From a virus, in IMG/VR virus record IMGVR_UViG_3300045933_000229, positions 2,706 through 66,705 of that record: a DNA stretch of 64,000 nucleotides; one strand, given 5' to 3'. Shown piece after piece: positions 56,332 through 64,000 of this stretch. Both the position numbers and the translations under genes were made by a program. The first letter of the stretch is position 1. Each line of letters begins with the position of its first letter. The notes below the pieces were generated by a model that made no database searches, was not told where the DNA came from, and saw nothing but the letters and a program-made list of their open reading frames with translations.

Positions 56332-56529
56332 ATGGAGACGCTCGCATCCCTCGTTGTAGCGATGATCGCCGGAGGCGTCATCGTGATCGGCGCCACGGTC
56401 ACCGGCAACCAGAAGGAGCTCTGCGACCGGATGGGCGGGAAGTACACGCCGCAGGCGGCTCCGGGCGACATCTGCCCGGGCGGCAAGTGGTCGGCGCTGG
56501 TCGGCGTGCGCCCCACCCCGTCGAAGTGA
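56332..56529 (+). CDS. small membrane-anchored protein (spanin-like?)
   Basis: SD AGGAGG; N-terminal TM; two Cys. Confidence 0.5.
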   Translation: METLASLVVAMIAGGVIVIGATVTGNQKELCDRMGGKYTPQAAPGDICPGGKWSALVGVRPTPSK

Positions 56530-56678
56530 AGTGGATCGTCGCGGCCGTCGTCGTCTCGTTCGTCATCGCCTGCGCGCGGGTGATCGTGAACGTCGGCGGC
56601 CGTGACGCGAGGCAGGACGTGTCGGTCGAGGTCGAGGACGTCCTGACCCGGAAGGACTCCAAGAAGGCCGACCGCTGA
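56526..56678 (+). CDS. small putative lipoprotein
   Basis: GTGA-coupled; MKWIVAAVVVSFVIAC lipobox-like. Confidence 0.45.
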   Translation: MKWIVAAVVVSFVIACARVIVNVGGRDARQDVSVEVEDVLTRKDSKKADR

Positions 56679-57430
56679 TCGACCTCATCATCCCGCTGGG
56701 GAAGGGGTCGTTCTTCAGGAACGCTGAGCTCCGCCTCAGCCTGGCGTCGATGACCCGGCACCTGTCGGGATTCCGTCACGTCACTGTCGTCGGCGAGGAT
56801 CCGGGGTTCAGCGTTGAGGTCTTTCCCCAGACCTCCCATCTCCCCTGCCGCGACATCTACGGCCCGAAAGCGGCGCGCATCGCCCACAAGTTCATGGTGG
56901 CGATGAACCGGACCGACGCCGATCGCATCGTCCTGTGGAACGACGACTACATCGTCCTCAAGCCCTACGACGTGAGCTCGCTCGGGCCGCACCACCGGGG
57001 GATCCTCGCGGAACGGGTGCGCCCGAAGAAGCGGGCGCCAGACGCCTACCAGCGGATGATGCTCGCGACCGGGCAGGCGCTACGGGCGGCAGGGCACACC
57101 GAGTTCGACTACGACTCGCACTGGCCGATGCTCGTTGACCGGCGCGCGTTCATGTCGCTGACCGCCTGGTGGGAGCGGAGCAAGGCGCATCACACCGGGC
57201 TGCTCGTCAAGAGCGTCTACGGCAACGTGATGAAGCTGGGCGGGGAGCGCGTCGGGGACGCGAAGGTCTACGGCCTCAAGCAGTTCAACGAGGTGCGCGA
57301 CCGGCTGTGGATGGTGTCGCTGTCGGACACCGCCTCGGACGTCATCGCCGAAGTGGCGAAGGATTACCCTGCGGAAATGGAAACATTTCGATGGTCCGGT
57401 CGCACCGCGGCGGCGGTCGTGCGGCGATGA
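56675..57430 (+). CDS. Stealth-family-like sugar-phosphate transferase
   Basis: IDLIIP..ELRLSLASM..H, LWNDDYIV, HWPM motifs; likely CTG start. Confidence 0.6.
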   Translation: MIDLIIPLGKGSFFRNAELRLSLASMTRHLSGFRHVTVVGEDPGFSVEVFPQTSHLPCRDIYGPKAARIAHKFMVAMNRTDADRIVLWNDDYIVLKPYDVSSLGPHHRGILAERVRPKKRAPDAYQRMMLATGQALRAAGHTEFDYDSHWPMLVDRRAFMSLTAWWERSKAHHTGLLVKSVYGNVMKLGGERVGDAKVYGLKQFNEVRDRLWMVSLSDTASDVIAEVAKDYPAEMETFRWSGRTAAAVVRR

Positions 57431-57662
57431 TCGCGTCGAGGATCTGCGCCACGTTGCGCTCGTCCTCGGTGCCCCACGGCAGCGACCCCGCCTCGGCCAC
57501 GCTGAGCTCCTTGTGGTCGGTGATCTCGGTGGCCCACGTCGTCTCCTCGTAGGGGTCTTCCCCGCTGACGGCGTCGAGCGCCACCTGCTCGGCGTCCCGC
57601 TCGGTGTCGCCGATCGCGAAGATCACCCAGCGCCGGTCGCACTCCACGCGCCACAGCCTCAT
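57342..57662 (-). CDS. hypothetical protein
   Basis: ATGA-coupled to upstream minus-strand gene. Confidence 0.5.
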   Translation of the reverse strand: MRLWRVECDRRWVIFAIGDTERDAEQVALDAVSGEDPYEETTWATEITDHKELSVAEAGSLPWGTEDERNVAQILDAIIAARPPPRCDRTIEMFPFPQGNPSPLRR

Positions 57663-58054
57663 CGCCGCCGCTTCCTCCGCATGGTCCGCACGCGCATCGC
57701 GTCGATCATCTGCTCCGGGGTGTCGAACACCGGCGCCGCCATGTCCAGCTTACGCCGATCGTAGGCGCGGAACCGCTCGTACGCCCGCATCAGCTGGTTC
57801 GGCTTCTCGATCTTCTCCAGCAGGATCAGCGCCCCGGCGCAGTGCTGGGCGTTCTTCTGCCGGGCGCAGGCGATCGGGTCCATGAACTCCTCGTCGCCCA
57901 CCGCGCTGTAGTCGATCGTCTTGTGGCACTGGAAGCTGCCGTCCTGCTCGATCAGGGCGTTGAGGATCTCGGCTGCCCGCCCCGGCCGCAGGAACGGCGG
58001 GATGTCCGTCCGGAACGGGCAGGACGGGCAGGGCGAGGTCATCGTCAGCTTCAC
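57659..58054 (-). CDS. zinc-binding hypothetical protein
   Basis: PCPSCPFR...FQCHKT...HCAGAL. Confidence 0.65.
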   Translation of the reverse strand: MKLTMTSPCPSCPFRTDIPPFLRPGRAAEILNALIEQDGSFQCHKTIDYSAVGDEEFMDPIACARQKNAQHCAGALILLEKIEKPNQLMRAYERFRAYDRRKLDMAAPVFDTPEQMIDAMRVRTMRRKRRR

Positions 58055-58314
58055 TCGTCGCCCTCGTCGCCCGGCTGGAACGGCCGGTACGCCCACAGGG
58101 GGCAGCTGTAGCCGGTGCACCCGGCCACCGCCTGCCGGTCGTACCCCACGCAGACGAGGCACGCCGCCTTGATCGCCGCCCGTGGGCTGGCTCGCCCAGC
58201 GAACGCGCGAGCGACGATCCCGCGCGAGAGGACCGGGGCAGCCTTCGTCACCTCGGCCACCCGGGCTGCACGCGCTGGCGGGTCAGCGGCTCGCTGGGTC
58301 GGTGGGCGCGCCAC
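58051..58314 (-). CDS. small zinc-binding protein
   Basis: AIKAACLVC...C....CPLWAYRP. Confidence 0.6.
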   Translation of the reverse strand: MARPPTQRAADPPARAARVAEVTKAAPVLSRGIVARAFAGRASPRAAIKAACLVCVGYDRQAVAGCTGYSCPLWAYRPFQPGDEGDE

Positions 58315-58317
58315 GGC

Positions 58318-58662
58318 TCACGCCTTGTAGGACATGGTGATCGACTTGAACGAGTCCTTCCACGCCCACTCGTCCATCACCAGCTGGGTGAATTCGTGTT
58401 CGGTCAGGGTCACCTCGGTCTGCACCTCCAGGTCGAGCATCCGCAGCGCCCGGTCGTAGTCCCCGGTGTGGTCGGGGGGTGTCGGGATCCGGACGACGCC
58501 CTTCCAGACACCATCGACCACCTCCTCCATCGCCTTGGCGAGCGCCGCGCGAGCGGCCTCGGTGAAGTCGTGCATCGCCTGATCCACCTCCTTTTGGTGG
58601 ACCTGGCGGTTGTAGGTCAGGATCTCGATCAGACGCTGCTTGTTGATGCGTACGTCTTGCAT
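58318..58662 (-). CDS. hypothetical protein
   Basis: SD GAGGAG; YDRAL.ML...LVMDEWAWK. Confidence 0.65.
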   Translation of the reverse strand: MQDVRINKQRLIEILTYNRQVHQKEVDQAMHDFTEAARAALAKAMEEVVDGVWKGVVRIPTPPDHTGDYDRALRMLDLEVQTEVTLTEHEFTQLVMDEWAWKDSFKSITMSYKA

Positions 58663-58665
58663 GGG

Positions 58666-59067
58666 TCACTCCTCGTGGTCGGGTCCGTTGTTCGTGGGTT
58701 CGGAGGCGGCTGCCTCCTCGTCCGCAAGTTCCTCTTTCAGCAGGGGGATCAGGTCGGCCGGGAACCTGAACCCGGCGGCGCCCAACTCCTCCAGCTTGGC
58801 GATGACGTCCTCGATGCTGCTCAACTCGAACGTCTCCCCGGCGGCGGGGTGGTCGATCCGCTCGCGCTTCGCCGTGTCGAGGTAGTCCATCTGCGCCCGG
58901 TACGCCACCATGAAGGCGTCGGTGCTGGCCTGCATGATGTTCGGCAGCTTCGGGACGTCGCCGACGACGCGGTTGCCCGCCACGTTGAGCGACCAGAATC
59001 CGCCAACGTGTTCATAGAGATAGATGTCGCAGCCGAAGTTCATGCTGCTCCAGCGGCAGTAGGCCAT
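58666..59067 (-). CDS. hypothetical protein
   Basis: MAYCRWSS..CDIYLYE start. Confidence 0.65.
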   Translation of the reverse strand: MAYCRWSSMNFGCDIYLYEHVGGFWSLNVAGNRVVGDVPKLPNIMQASTDAFMVAYRAQMDYLDTAKRERIDHPAAGETFELSSIEDVIAKLEELGAAGFRFPADLIPLLKEELADEEAAASEPTNNGPDHEE

Positions 59068-59099
59068 TGCAACCCCCAGACGAGTGCGCACCCTGCGCA

Positions 59100-59181
59100 T
59101 GACACGATCTTGCACCCTGCGACGCCCGGCGTCAACGTCGGACTCTTGACACCGTCGAAAACCCAGCGCACGATCTTGTCG
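59100..59181. promoter_or_regulatory. divergent promoters with two operator boxes
   Basis: + TTGACA(59146)-17-CACGAT; - TTGACG(59135)-17-CAAGAT; boxes at 59100 and 59166. Confidence 0.65.
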
Positions 59182-59495
59182 CTCGTCCGACCAGACCCCT
59201 TGGGATGGGGCCGTGGCGCGTCACTCCCTCGCGTCCGCTTGCCATCCCCTTTGGTCGGGGGAGGGTTAAGCGCCCCACCCCAAGGTGTCATCGTCGAGCC
59301 GTCCGCGAGCGGGCAGGGCAGCCGACAGCGCGCGCGGGTGAAGACCGCTACTGGTGGGCAAGAGGGTCCGACAGCGGAACAGGGGCGGCGAAGCCAGCAC
59401 CCCTCCCTCGAAAGGCTGGCGGGGACGCGGCTCCGCGAGGGGACACGTTGAAGGCGACCAGGCTAGGGCTTGGTCCGCCCACCGCTGGGGAAAGC
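59181..59495 (+). ncRNA. candidate structured RNA / long leader upstream of replication genes
   Basis: ~310 nt without convincing CDS; multiple stems (CCGACCA/TGGTCGG, GGTGGGC/GCCCACC, GGC-GAA-GCC). Confidence 0.45.
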
Positions 59496-59504
59496 TGGGA
59501 GGGT

Positions 59505-59861
59505 ATGGGTCACTACCTGATTGAACCTCAGACTCCGACCGAGTTTGAGGTCAAGGCTTACCTCTTTGCCCGGCTCAGAGAGCTTGGGTTCAACGTCCGT
59601 GGTGAGGTGCGCTCCACCTCGAAGCCCGGGCCGACCGAGAATCTCCTTGGTGGTGAACTCTGCGCTGACCTCGCCATATTCGACGGGGGTAAGCTGCTGC
59701 TCGTCATCGAGGTGAAGGCGCAGCCGACCGACGTGGACTGGTACGCGTCGCAACAGGGGCGCCGATACGACGGCGCGCCCATTATGCTGGTTGGCGGGAT
59801 GGACGAGGCGCGTCGGTTTACGAAAAGCTGCGAGGAAAATACGGGGCTTATCAGTGGATGA
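59505..59861 (+). CDS. PD-(D/E)XK nuclease-like protein
   Basis: E...ADLAIF...IEVK; SD GGAGG. Confidence 0.65.
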   Translation: MGHYLIEPQTPTEFEVKAYLFARLRELGFNVRGEVRSTSKPGPTENLLGGELCADLAIFDGGKLLLVIEVKAQPTDVDWYASQQGRRYDGAPIMLVGGMDEARRFTKSCEENTGLISG

Positions 59862-60594
59862 CGACGAGGCCCGGCGGCTCGCCAAGCTGATCGCTGAGGA
59901 GTTGGCACCACTCCTCAACCAGCCACACCATCGTTATCGTCTGTCGCAGCAGGCACTTGAACAGCGTCGGGCGGCCTCGCGGTCTGCGGTTGAGAAGCGC
60001 AGCGCGCCCCGGCGCAGGAAGAAAATTCCGGTGCCGGATCCGGGTCCGGAAGTCGTCGGCAGATCAGTGGCTTCCGAAAATCCGGCACCGAAATCCACCG
60101 AAAAAGTTACTCACAGCCGAGTGACCGCTGACGTCTGGACCGCGTACTTCACCGCCTACAAGCTGCGATACAGCACGTTCCCGGTGCGCAACGCGAAGGT
60201 GAACGGGATGCTGGCGCAGTTCGTGAAGCGCCTGCCGCGCGAGGAAGCCCCGCTGGTCGCGGCGTTCTACGTCAAGAGCGAGAACCCCCTGTACGTGCGG
60301 TCGCGGCACTGCGTCGAGTTGCTGGTCCGGGATGCCGAGGGCCTTCGCATGGAGTGGGCCACGGGCCGCAGCGACGTCCAGCGCGTGAACGGGTCGCACG
60401 TGACCACGGTGAGCAAGCCGTGGTGGGAGGTGTGGTCGGCGCTGGAGCAGCAGGGCGACGACCTCGGGATCGAGCGCGACGCCAACCCGACCACCTACCG
60501 CTTCGAGGTTCTGCGGGCCGCGTTCGTCGCGGGCCGTCTTCCAGCCGATGTCGCCACCAAGCTGGGGGTGAACCCCGGCGCCACCGAGGAGTAG
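59854..60594 (+). CDS. phage replication initiation protein
   Basis: W.AY..AY..RY...PVRNAKVNG...FVKRL..EEAP...DAE.LR.EWATGR domain; start uncertain. Confidence 0.7.
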   Translation: MDDDEARRLAKLIAEELAPLLNQPHHRYRLSQQALEQRRAASRSAVEKRSAPRRRKKIPVPDPGPEVVGRSVASENPAPKSTEKVTHSRVTADVWTAYFTAYKLRYSTFPVRNAKVNGMLAQFVKRLPREEAPLVAAFYVKSENPLYVRSRHCVELLVRDAEGLRMEWATGRSDVQRVNGSHVTTVSKPWWEVWSALEQQGDDLGIERDANPTTYRFEVLRAAFVAGRLPADVATKLGVNPGATEE

Positions 60595-60597
60595 TCC

Positions 60598-60891
60598 GTG
60601 CCACCCGACCAATCCCTGCCGCAAGCCCGCCCGCAGCCGGTCGCCCCCGACCAGGTCATCAGGATGCAGTTCACGGTCGCGATCAGCGACCCCGAGTACA
60701 AGCACCTCTCGGCCCACGTGAAGCGCCTCGTCGCCCTCGACCCGGCGCCGGACTCCCCGGCGGGCTGCGCCCTGCAGCTGCTCGCGTTCGTGGTGGACAA
60801 GTACGAGGCGATCCGCTTCAACCCGAGCTTCGGCCTGCCTGCCCCGTCCCCGGCGGCGGGCGAGCCGACCGGCGAGAACATGGTGGGGTGA
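60598..60891 (+). CDS. hypothetical protein
   Basis: SD GAGGAG. Confidence 0.5.
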   Translation: MPPDQSLPQARPQPVAPDQVIRMQFTVAISDPEYKHLSAHVKRLVALDPAPDSPAGCALQLLAFVVDKYEAIRFNPSFGLPAPSPAAGEPTGENMVG

Positions 60892-61991
60892 TGCGCTACC
60901 TCTCCTTGTTCTCGGGCATCGAGGCGGTGAGCGTGGCCTGGCGGCCTCTGGGATGGGAGCTCGCAGCCTGGGCGGAGATCGAGCCGTTCGCCAGCGAGGT
61001 GACGAGAACCCGACACCACGATGCGATGGCGCCCAACCTCGGCGACGTGTGCAGTCTGCGCGCAGACCGCATAGCCGAACTCGGCCACCTCGATATAGTT
61101 GTAGGTGGCTCCCCGTGTCAGGACTTGAGCGTGGCGGGCAAGCGTGCCGGGCTGCGCGGAAAGAGGAGCAGGCTGTTCCATGAGCAGGTCCGAATCTTCG
61201 ACGCAGCAAGAGATGTATGTGGGGCACGATGGCTCCTCTGGGAAAACGTCGCCGGGTCGCTCTACAGCCACCGAGGCCGGGACTTTGCTGCAGTGGTTGG
61301 AGCGCTATCTGGGAACGCAGTTGGCGTTCCGCCCGACGGGTGGCAAAGCGCCGGCGTTGCTCTCGGACCAAGGGGGCTGGTCGAGTGGTGCGTGCTGGAC
61401 GCGCAATTCTTCGGAGTGGCGCAGCGGCGCCGTCGTGTGTTCGCTCTCCTCGATACTGGAGACTGGTCCGCTCGACCGCCGATTCTTTTTGACGCCGAAA
61501 GCCTGCGCGGGAGTGATCCGCCGCGCCGAGCGTCGGGGCAAAGCGTTGCCCCCACACTTGGCAGCCGTGCTGCAGCGGGTGGCGGACTCGGAACCGACCA
61601 CGACCTCGACGGCGGACTCATTGCCGGATCCGTCAGCGCCAAGTGGGTGAAGGGAACGGGCGGCCCGGCGGGCGACGAGTGCTACAACCTGGTGGCGTTC
61701 GACCCCACGCAGATCACCAGCGCCGCAAACCGGAGCAACCCCCAGCCGGGCGACCCCTCGCCACCCTTGTCCTCGAACTCGCTGCCGCCCTCAATCGCAG
61801 GCGCGCAGGCCGTGCGCCGCTTGACCCCGCGCGAGTGCGAGCGCCTGATGGGCCTGCCGGACGACTACACGCTGGTCATGTACCGCAACCGCAAGAGCCG
61901 GGACGGGCCGCGCTACAAGGCGCTGGGCAACAGCATGGCGGTGCCGGTGATGCGGTGGATCGGAGAGAGGATCGAACGATGCCAGACCTAG
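60891..61991 (+). CDS. C5 cytosine DNA methyltransferase
   Basis: motif I SLFSGI, IV GSPCQ, VI ENV, VIII QRRRRVF, IX RRLTPRECERLMG, X LGNSM. Confidence 0.92.
   Translation: MRYLSLFSGIEAVSVAWRPLGWELAAWAEIEPFASEVTRTRHHDAMAPNLGDVCSLRADRIAELGHLDIVVGGSPCQDLSVAGKRAGLRGKRSRLFHEQVRIFDAARDVCGARWLLWENVAGSLYSHRGRDFAAVVGALSGNAVGVPPDGWQSAGVALGPRGLVEWCVLDAQFFGVAQRRRRVFALLDTGDWSARPPILFDAESLRGSDPPRRASGQSVAPTLGSRAAAGGGLGTDHDLDGGLIAGSVSAKWVKGTGGPAGDECYNLVAFDPTQITSAANRSNPQPGDPSPPLSSNSLPPSIAGAQAVRRLTPRECERLMGLPDDYTLVMYRNRKSRDGPRYKALGNSMAVPVMRWIGERIERCQT
61180..61650 (+). CDS. alternative-frame polypeptide nested in methyltransferase gene
   Basis: SD GAGGAG; SLSSILE...FFLTPKACAGVIRRAERRGK.LP motif. Confidence 0.6.
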   Translation: MSRSESSTQQEMYVGHDGSSGKTSPGRSTATEAGTLLQWLERYLGTQLAFRPTGGKAPALLSDQGGWSSGACWTRNSSEWRSGAVVCSLSSILETGPLDRRFFLTPKACAGVIRRAERRGKALPPHLAAVLQRVADSEPTTTSTADSLPDPSAPSG

Positions 61992-62218
61992 ACGCGCAGA
62001 TCGCCTGCGTGAAGCGCGAGATCGGGATGCGCGAGCGCGTGTACCCGGGCCTCGTTGACGCGAAGAAGATGAGCTCGCAGAAGGCGTCCACCGAGACGGC
62101 CACGATGCGATCGGTCCTCGCCACGCTGGAGGCGTTGAAGCAGCTGGCTGCGCCCGGGCCGCTGCCACCCTTGGAGGAATTCAGTGCTGAAACCCGGCGA
62201 CCGGATTCAACTGGATGA
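61979..62218 (+). CDS. hypothetical phage protein
   Basis: QIACVKREIGMRERVYP motif; SD GAGGA. Confidence 0.6.
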   Translation: MPDLDAQIACVKREIGMRERVYPGLVDAKKMSSQKASTETATMRSVLATLEALKQLAAPGPLPPLEEFSAETRRPDSTG

Positions 62219-62337
62219 TGGGGAGTACGAGGTGACCGAGGTGGGTCCGCTCTCGGTCTACGAGAACCTCGCCGAGCGCGGGAAGCGCCCCCGCTACGAG
62301 CCGGTCCACGCTGCGACGTGGGTGCACACTCGCAAGG

Positions 62338-62613
62338 TCAGGCAGGCTGGCGCGCCGCCTGACGCTTCTCCTTCTTCTTCGGCTGCTGCTCCGCGGTCCG
62401 GAGGCTCAGATCGACGATGGCCTGGGCGATCAGCATGAAGCGGTCGGCTGGCGGGTTCGTGATCTGCCTGCGTGCGAACGCCCGGATGTAGCGCTCGCCC
62501 ACGCAGGTCAGGTCCGCCACCTCGGGCCACCGTTTCCTGTTGTCGTTCAGGATCTTGCGCACCCGCTCGATCTTCTCGCGGGGCCACTCGCAGGATGATT
62601 TCGCCTTGGGCAT
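62338..62613 (-). CDS. XRE/Cro-like HTH regulator
   Basis: WPEVADLTCVGERYIRAFARRQITNP HTH-like; promoter ends ~7 nt before ATG. Confidence 0.6.
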   Translation of the reverse strand: MPKAKSSCEWPREKIERVRKILNDNRKRWPEVADLTCVGERYIRAFARRQITNPPADRFMLIAQAIVDLSLRTAEQQPKKKEKRQAARQPA

Positions 62614-62619
62614 GGCGCA

Positions 62620-62676
62620 ATATTGACTGCAGACTTCGGAGGTGTCAAGATCATGCCCATTAACAAGATCATGTCA
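62620..62676. promoter_or_regulatory. divergent promoter region with two operator boxes
   Basis: - TTGACA-17-CAATAT; + TTGACT-17-CAAGAT; boxes at 62643 and 62661. Confidence 0.6.
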
Positions 62677-62682
62677 CGACGA

Positions 62683-62946
62683 ATGAAGGTCGCCACCAAG
62701 CCGCAGCCGCCTGTGATCCTTGCCCGCACCGGGCTGTTCGGTCGGCCGGTCCCGGTCGCCGTGCCGCCCCCTGATCCGGAGGTGGTCGAGCGGCGGGCTG
62801 CAACCGCCGAGGACCGGCGCGCGCAGCTGCAGGAACGCTACGTGCTACACCGGAAGAACCACGTGCAGCGGCTGGACGGGCGTCATGCCGGGCCACCGAT
62901 CCCGGAGTTTCTCAAGCCGAAAGCGAAGGTCAGGACGATCAAATGA
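62683..62946 (+). CDS. hypothetical protein
   Basis: ATGA-coupled to ERF gene; start uncertain. Confidence 0.45.
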   Translation: MKVATKPQPPVILARTGLFGRPVPVAVPPPDPEVVERRAATAEDRRAQLQERYVLHRKNHVQRLDGRHAGPPIPEFLKPKAKVRTIK

Positions 62947-63704
62947 CGGACACCCCCAAGGCCCCGGCCGTGCTGACGGCGATCCACGCAATCAGTGCGG
63001 CGCTCGCCAAGGTCGGCATCGGCAAGGACTCCTTCAACAAGGAGCAGCGGTTCGCCTTCCGCGGCATCGACGCGGTGATGAACGCGCTCGCGCCCCTGCT
63101 GGTCGAACACCGGCTGGTGATCGTCCCGCAGTTCTTCGACCGGGTGCTGCACGAGAAGACCACCAAGGCGGGCGGGCTGATGTTCAACGTCACCGTGCGC
63201 GGGGAGTTCCACTTCGTCAGCGTGGACGACGGCACCGAGATTGTCGCGAAAACGGTAGGCGAGGGGCAGGACACCGCCGACAAGGCCACCAACAAGGCGA
63301 TGGCGGTGGCCTACAAGTACGCGGTGTTCCAGACGTTCTGCATCCCGCTGGAGGCGAGCGACGACCCCGACGCCGGTAGCCCGGAGGGCGCCGTGCGCGA
63401 CAGGGCCACGGGCCTCGATGATCTGACCGAGGAATTCGAGTTGCGCACGGTCGAGGTGCCGAACCTCAAGGAGTTGGCCGACGTCTTCGCCAAGGCGCAG
63501 ACCGACGTGAAGGCGGCGGCGGTCGCGCGCGAGGTGCCGAAGTCCGTCCTGGTGGACGCGCTCGGCAAGCTGACCAAGAGCAAGGATGGGGCGAAGGCGC
63601 GCATCGAGAAGGCGGCGAGGGCCCCGAAGGGCAAGCCAGCTGACAACGAGGGCGGGCCGCGCGGCGACGAGCCGACCGGCACGCATGAGGCGGGCAACCA
63701 ATGA
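62943..63704 (+). CDS. erf: ERF-family ssDNA-annealing recombinase
   Basis: K..FN.EQ.F.FRGIDAV...DG....GEG.D..DKATNKAM..AYKY....F.IP....DPD. Confidence 0.85.
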   Translation: MTDTPKAPAVLTAIHAISAALAKVGIGKDSFNKEQRFAFRGIDAVMNALAPLLVEHRLVIVPQFFDRVLHEKTTKAGGLMFNVTVRGEFHFVSVDDGTEIVAKTVGEGQDTADKATNKAMAVAYKYAVFQTFCIPLEASDDPDAGSPEGAVRDRATGLDDLTEEFELRTVEVPNLKELADVFAKAQTDVKAAAVAREVPKSVLVDALGKLTKSKDGAKARIEKAARAPKGKPADNEGGPRGDEPTGTHEAGNQ

Positions 63705-64000
63705 CCCCGTTCTATCTGGACGTCGAAACGATCCCCGACCAGCGGCCCGGCGTACGGGCGGCGATCGAGGCGGCGCTGCGCCCGCCCGGCAACTACAAGA
63801 AAGCGGACACGATCGCCGAGTGGGAGAAGAACGAGCGCCCGAAGCTGGCCGAGGAGGCGTGGCTCAAGACGTCCTTCGACGGCGGCGCCGGGGAGTTGAT
63901 CCTGATCGGCTTCGCCCGAGGCGACGACTCGATCGAGGTGGTGCGCCGCTCGCCCGACGAGCGCTCGCTGATCGAGGAGGCGTTCGACCTGATGGATGCG
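63701..64000 (+). CDS. 3'-5' exonuclease-like (DEDD) protein, partial
   Basis: MTPFYLDVETIP ExoI motif; runs off window end. Confidence 0.65.
   Translation, partial: MTPFYLDVETIPDQRPGVRAAIEAALRPPGNYKKADTIAEWEKNERPKLAEEAWLKTSFDGGAGELILIGFARGDDSIEVVRRSPDERSLIEEAFDLMDA

Noticed and set aside
1-64000. Stop-codon reassignment or prophage boundaries
   Set aside because: Core genes are intact under the standard code and end in TAA, TAG and TGA; no integrase or host housekeeping genes in the window

Overview
The window is a GC-rich tailed-phage (Caudoviricetes) genome segment, probably most of a circularly permuted podovirus-like genome with a likely proteobacterial host. No integrase, CRISPR array or rRNA is visible. 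Layout: 0.3-5.4 kb holds secreted low-complexity proteins, an L,D-transpeptidase, an M15 peptidase and a VRR-NUC. 5.4-16.4 kb holds minus-strand accessory genes, including a CobS/CobT-like AAA+/VWA pair and an Acb2 anti-CBASS homolog. 16.6-57.4 kb is the virion operon: TerS/TerL, portal, six paralogous Cys-rich fibre proteins, scaffold, capsid, HNH, adaptors, nozzle, GNAT, ejection proteins, SLT, a 2648-aa polyvalent protein and a Stealth-like transferase. 57.4-64 kb covers replication, methylation and recombination. The most notable signals are: two SD-preceded genes overprinted inside the giant ejection protein; Cys-rich outer virion proteins set against apparently Cys-free internal ones; up to four structured intergenic ncRNA candidates, two sharing an identical 17-bp promoter segment; a dispersed palindromic operator TGACAnGATCnTGTCA; and a secreted amyloid/fibre-like operon. 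All family assignments come from motif recognition by eye, with no database searches.
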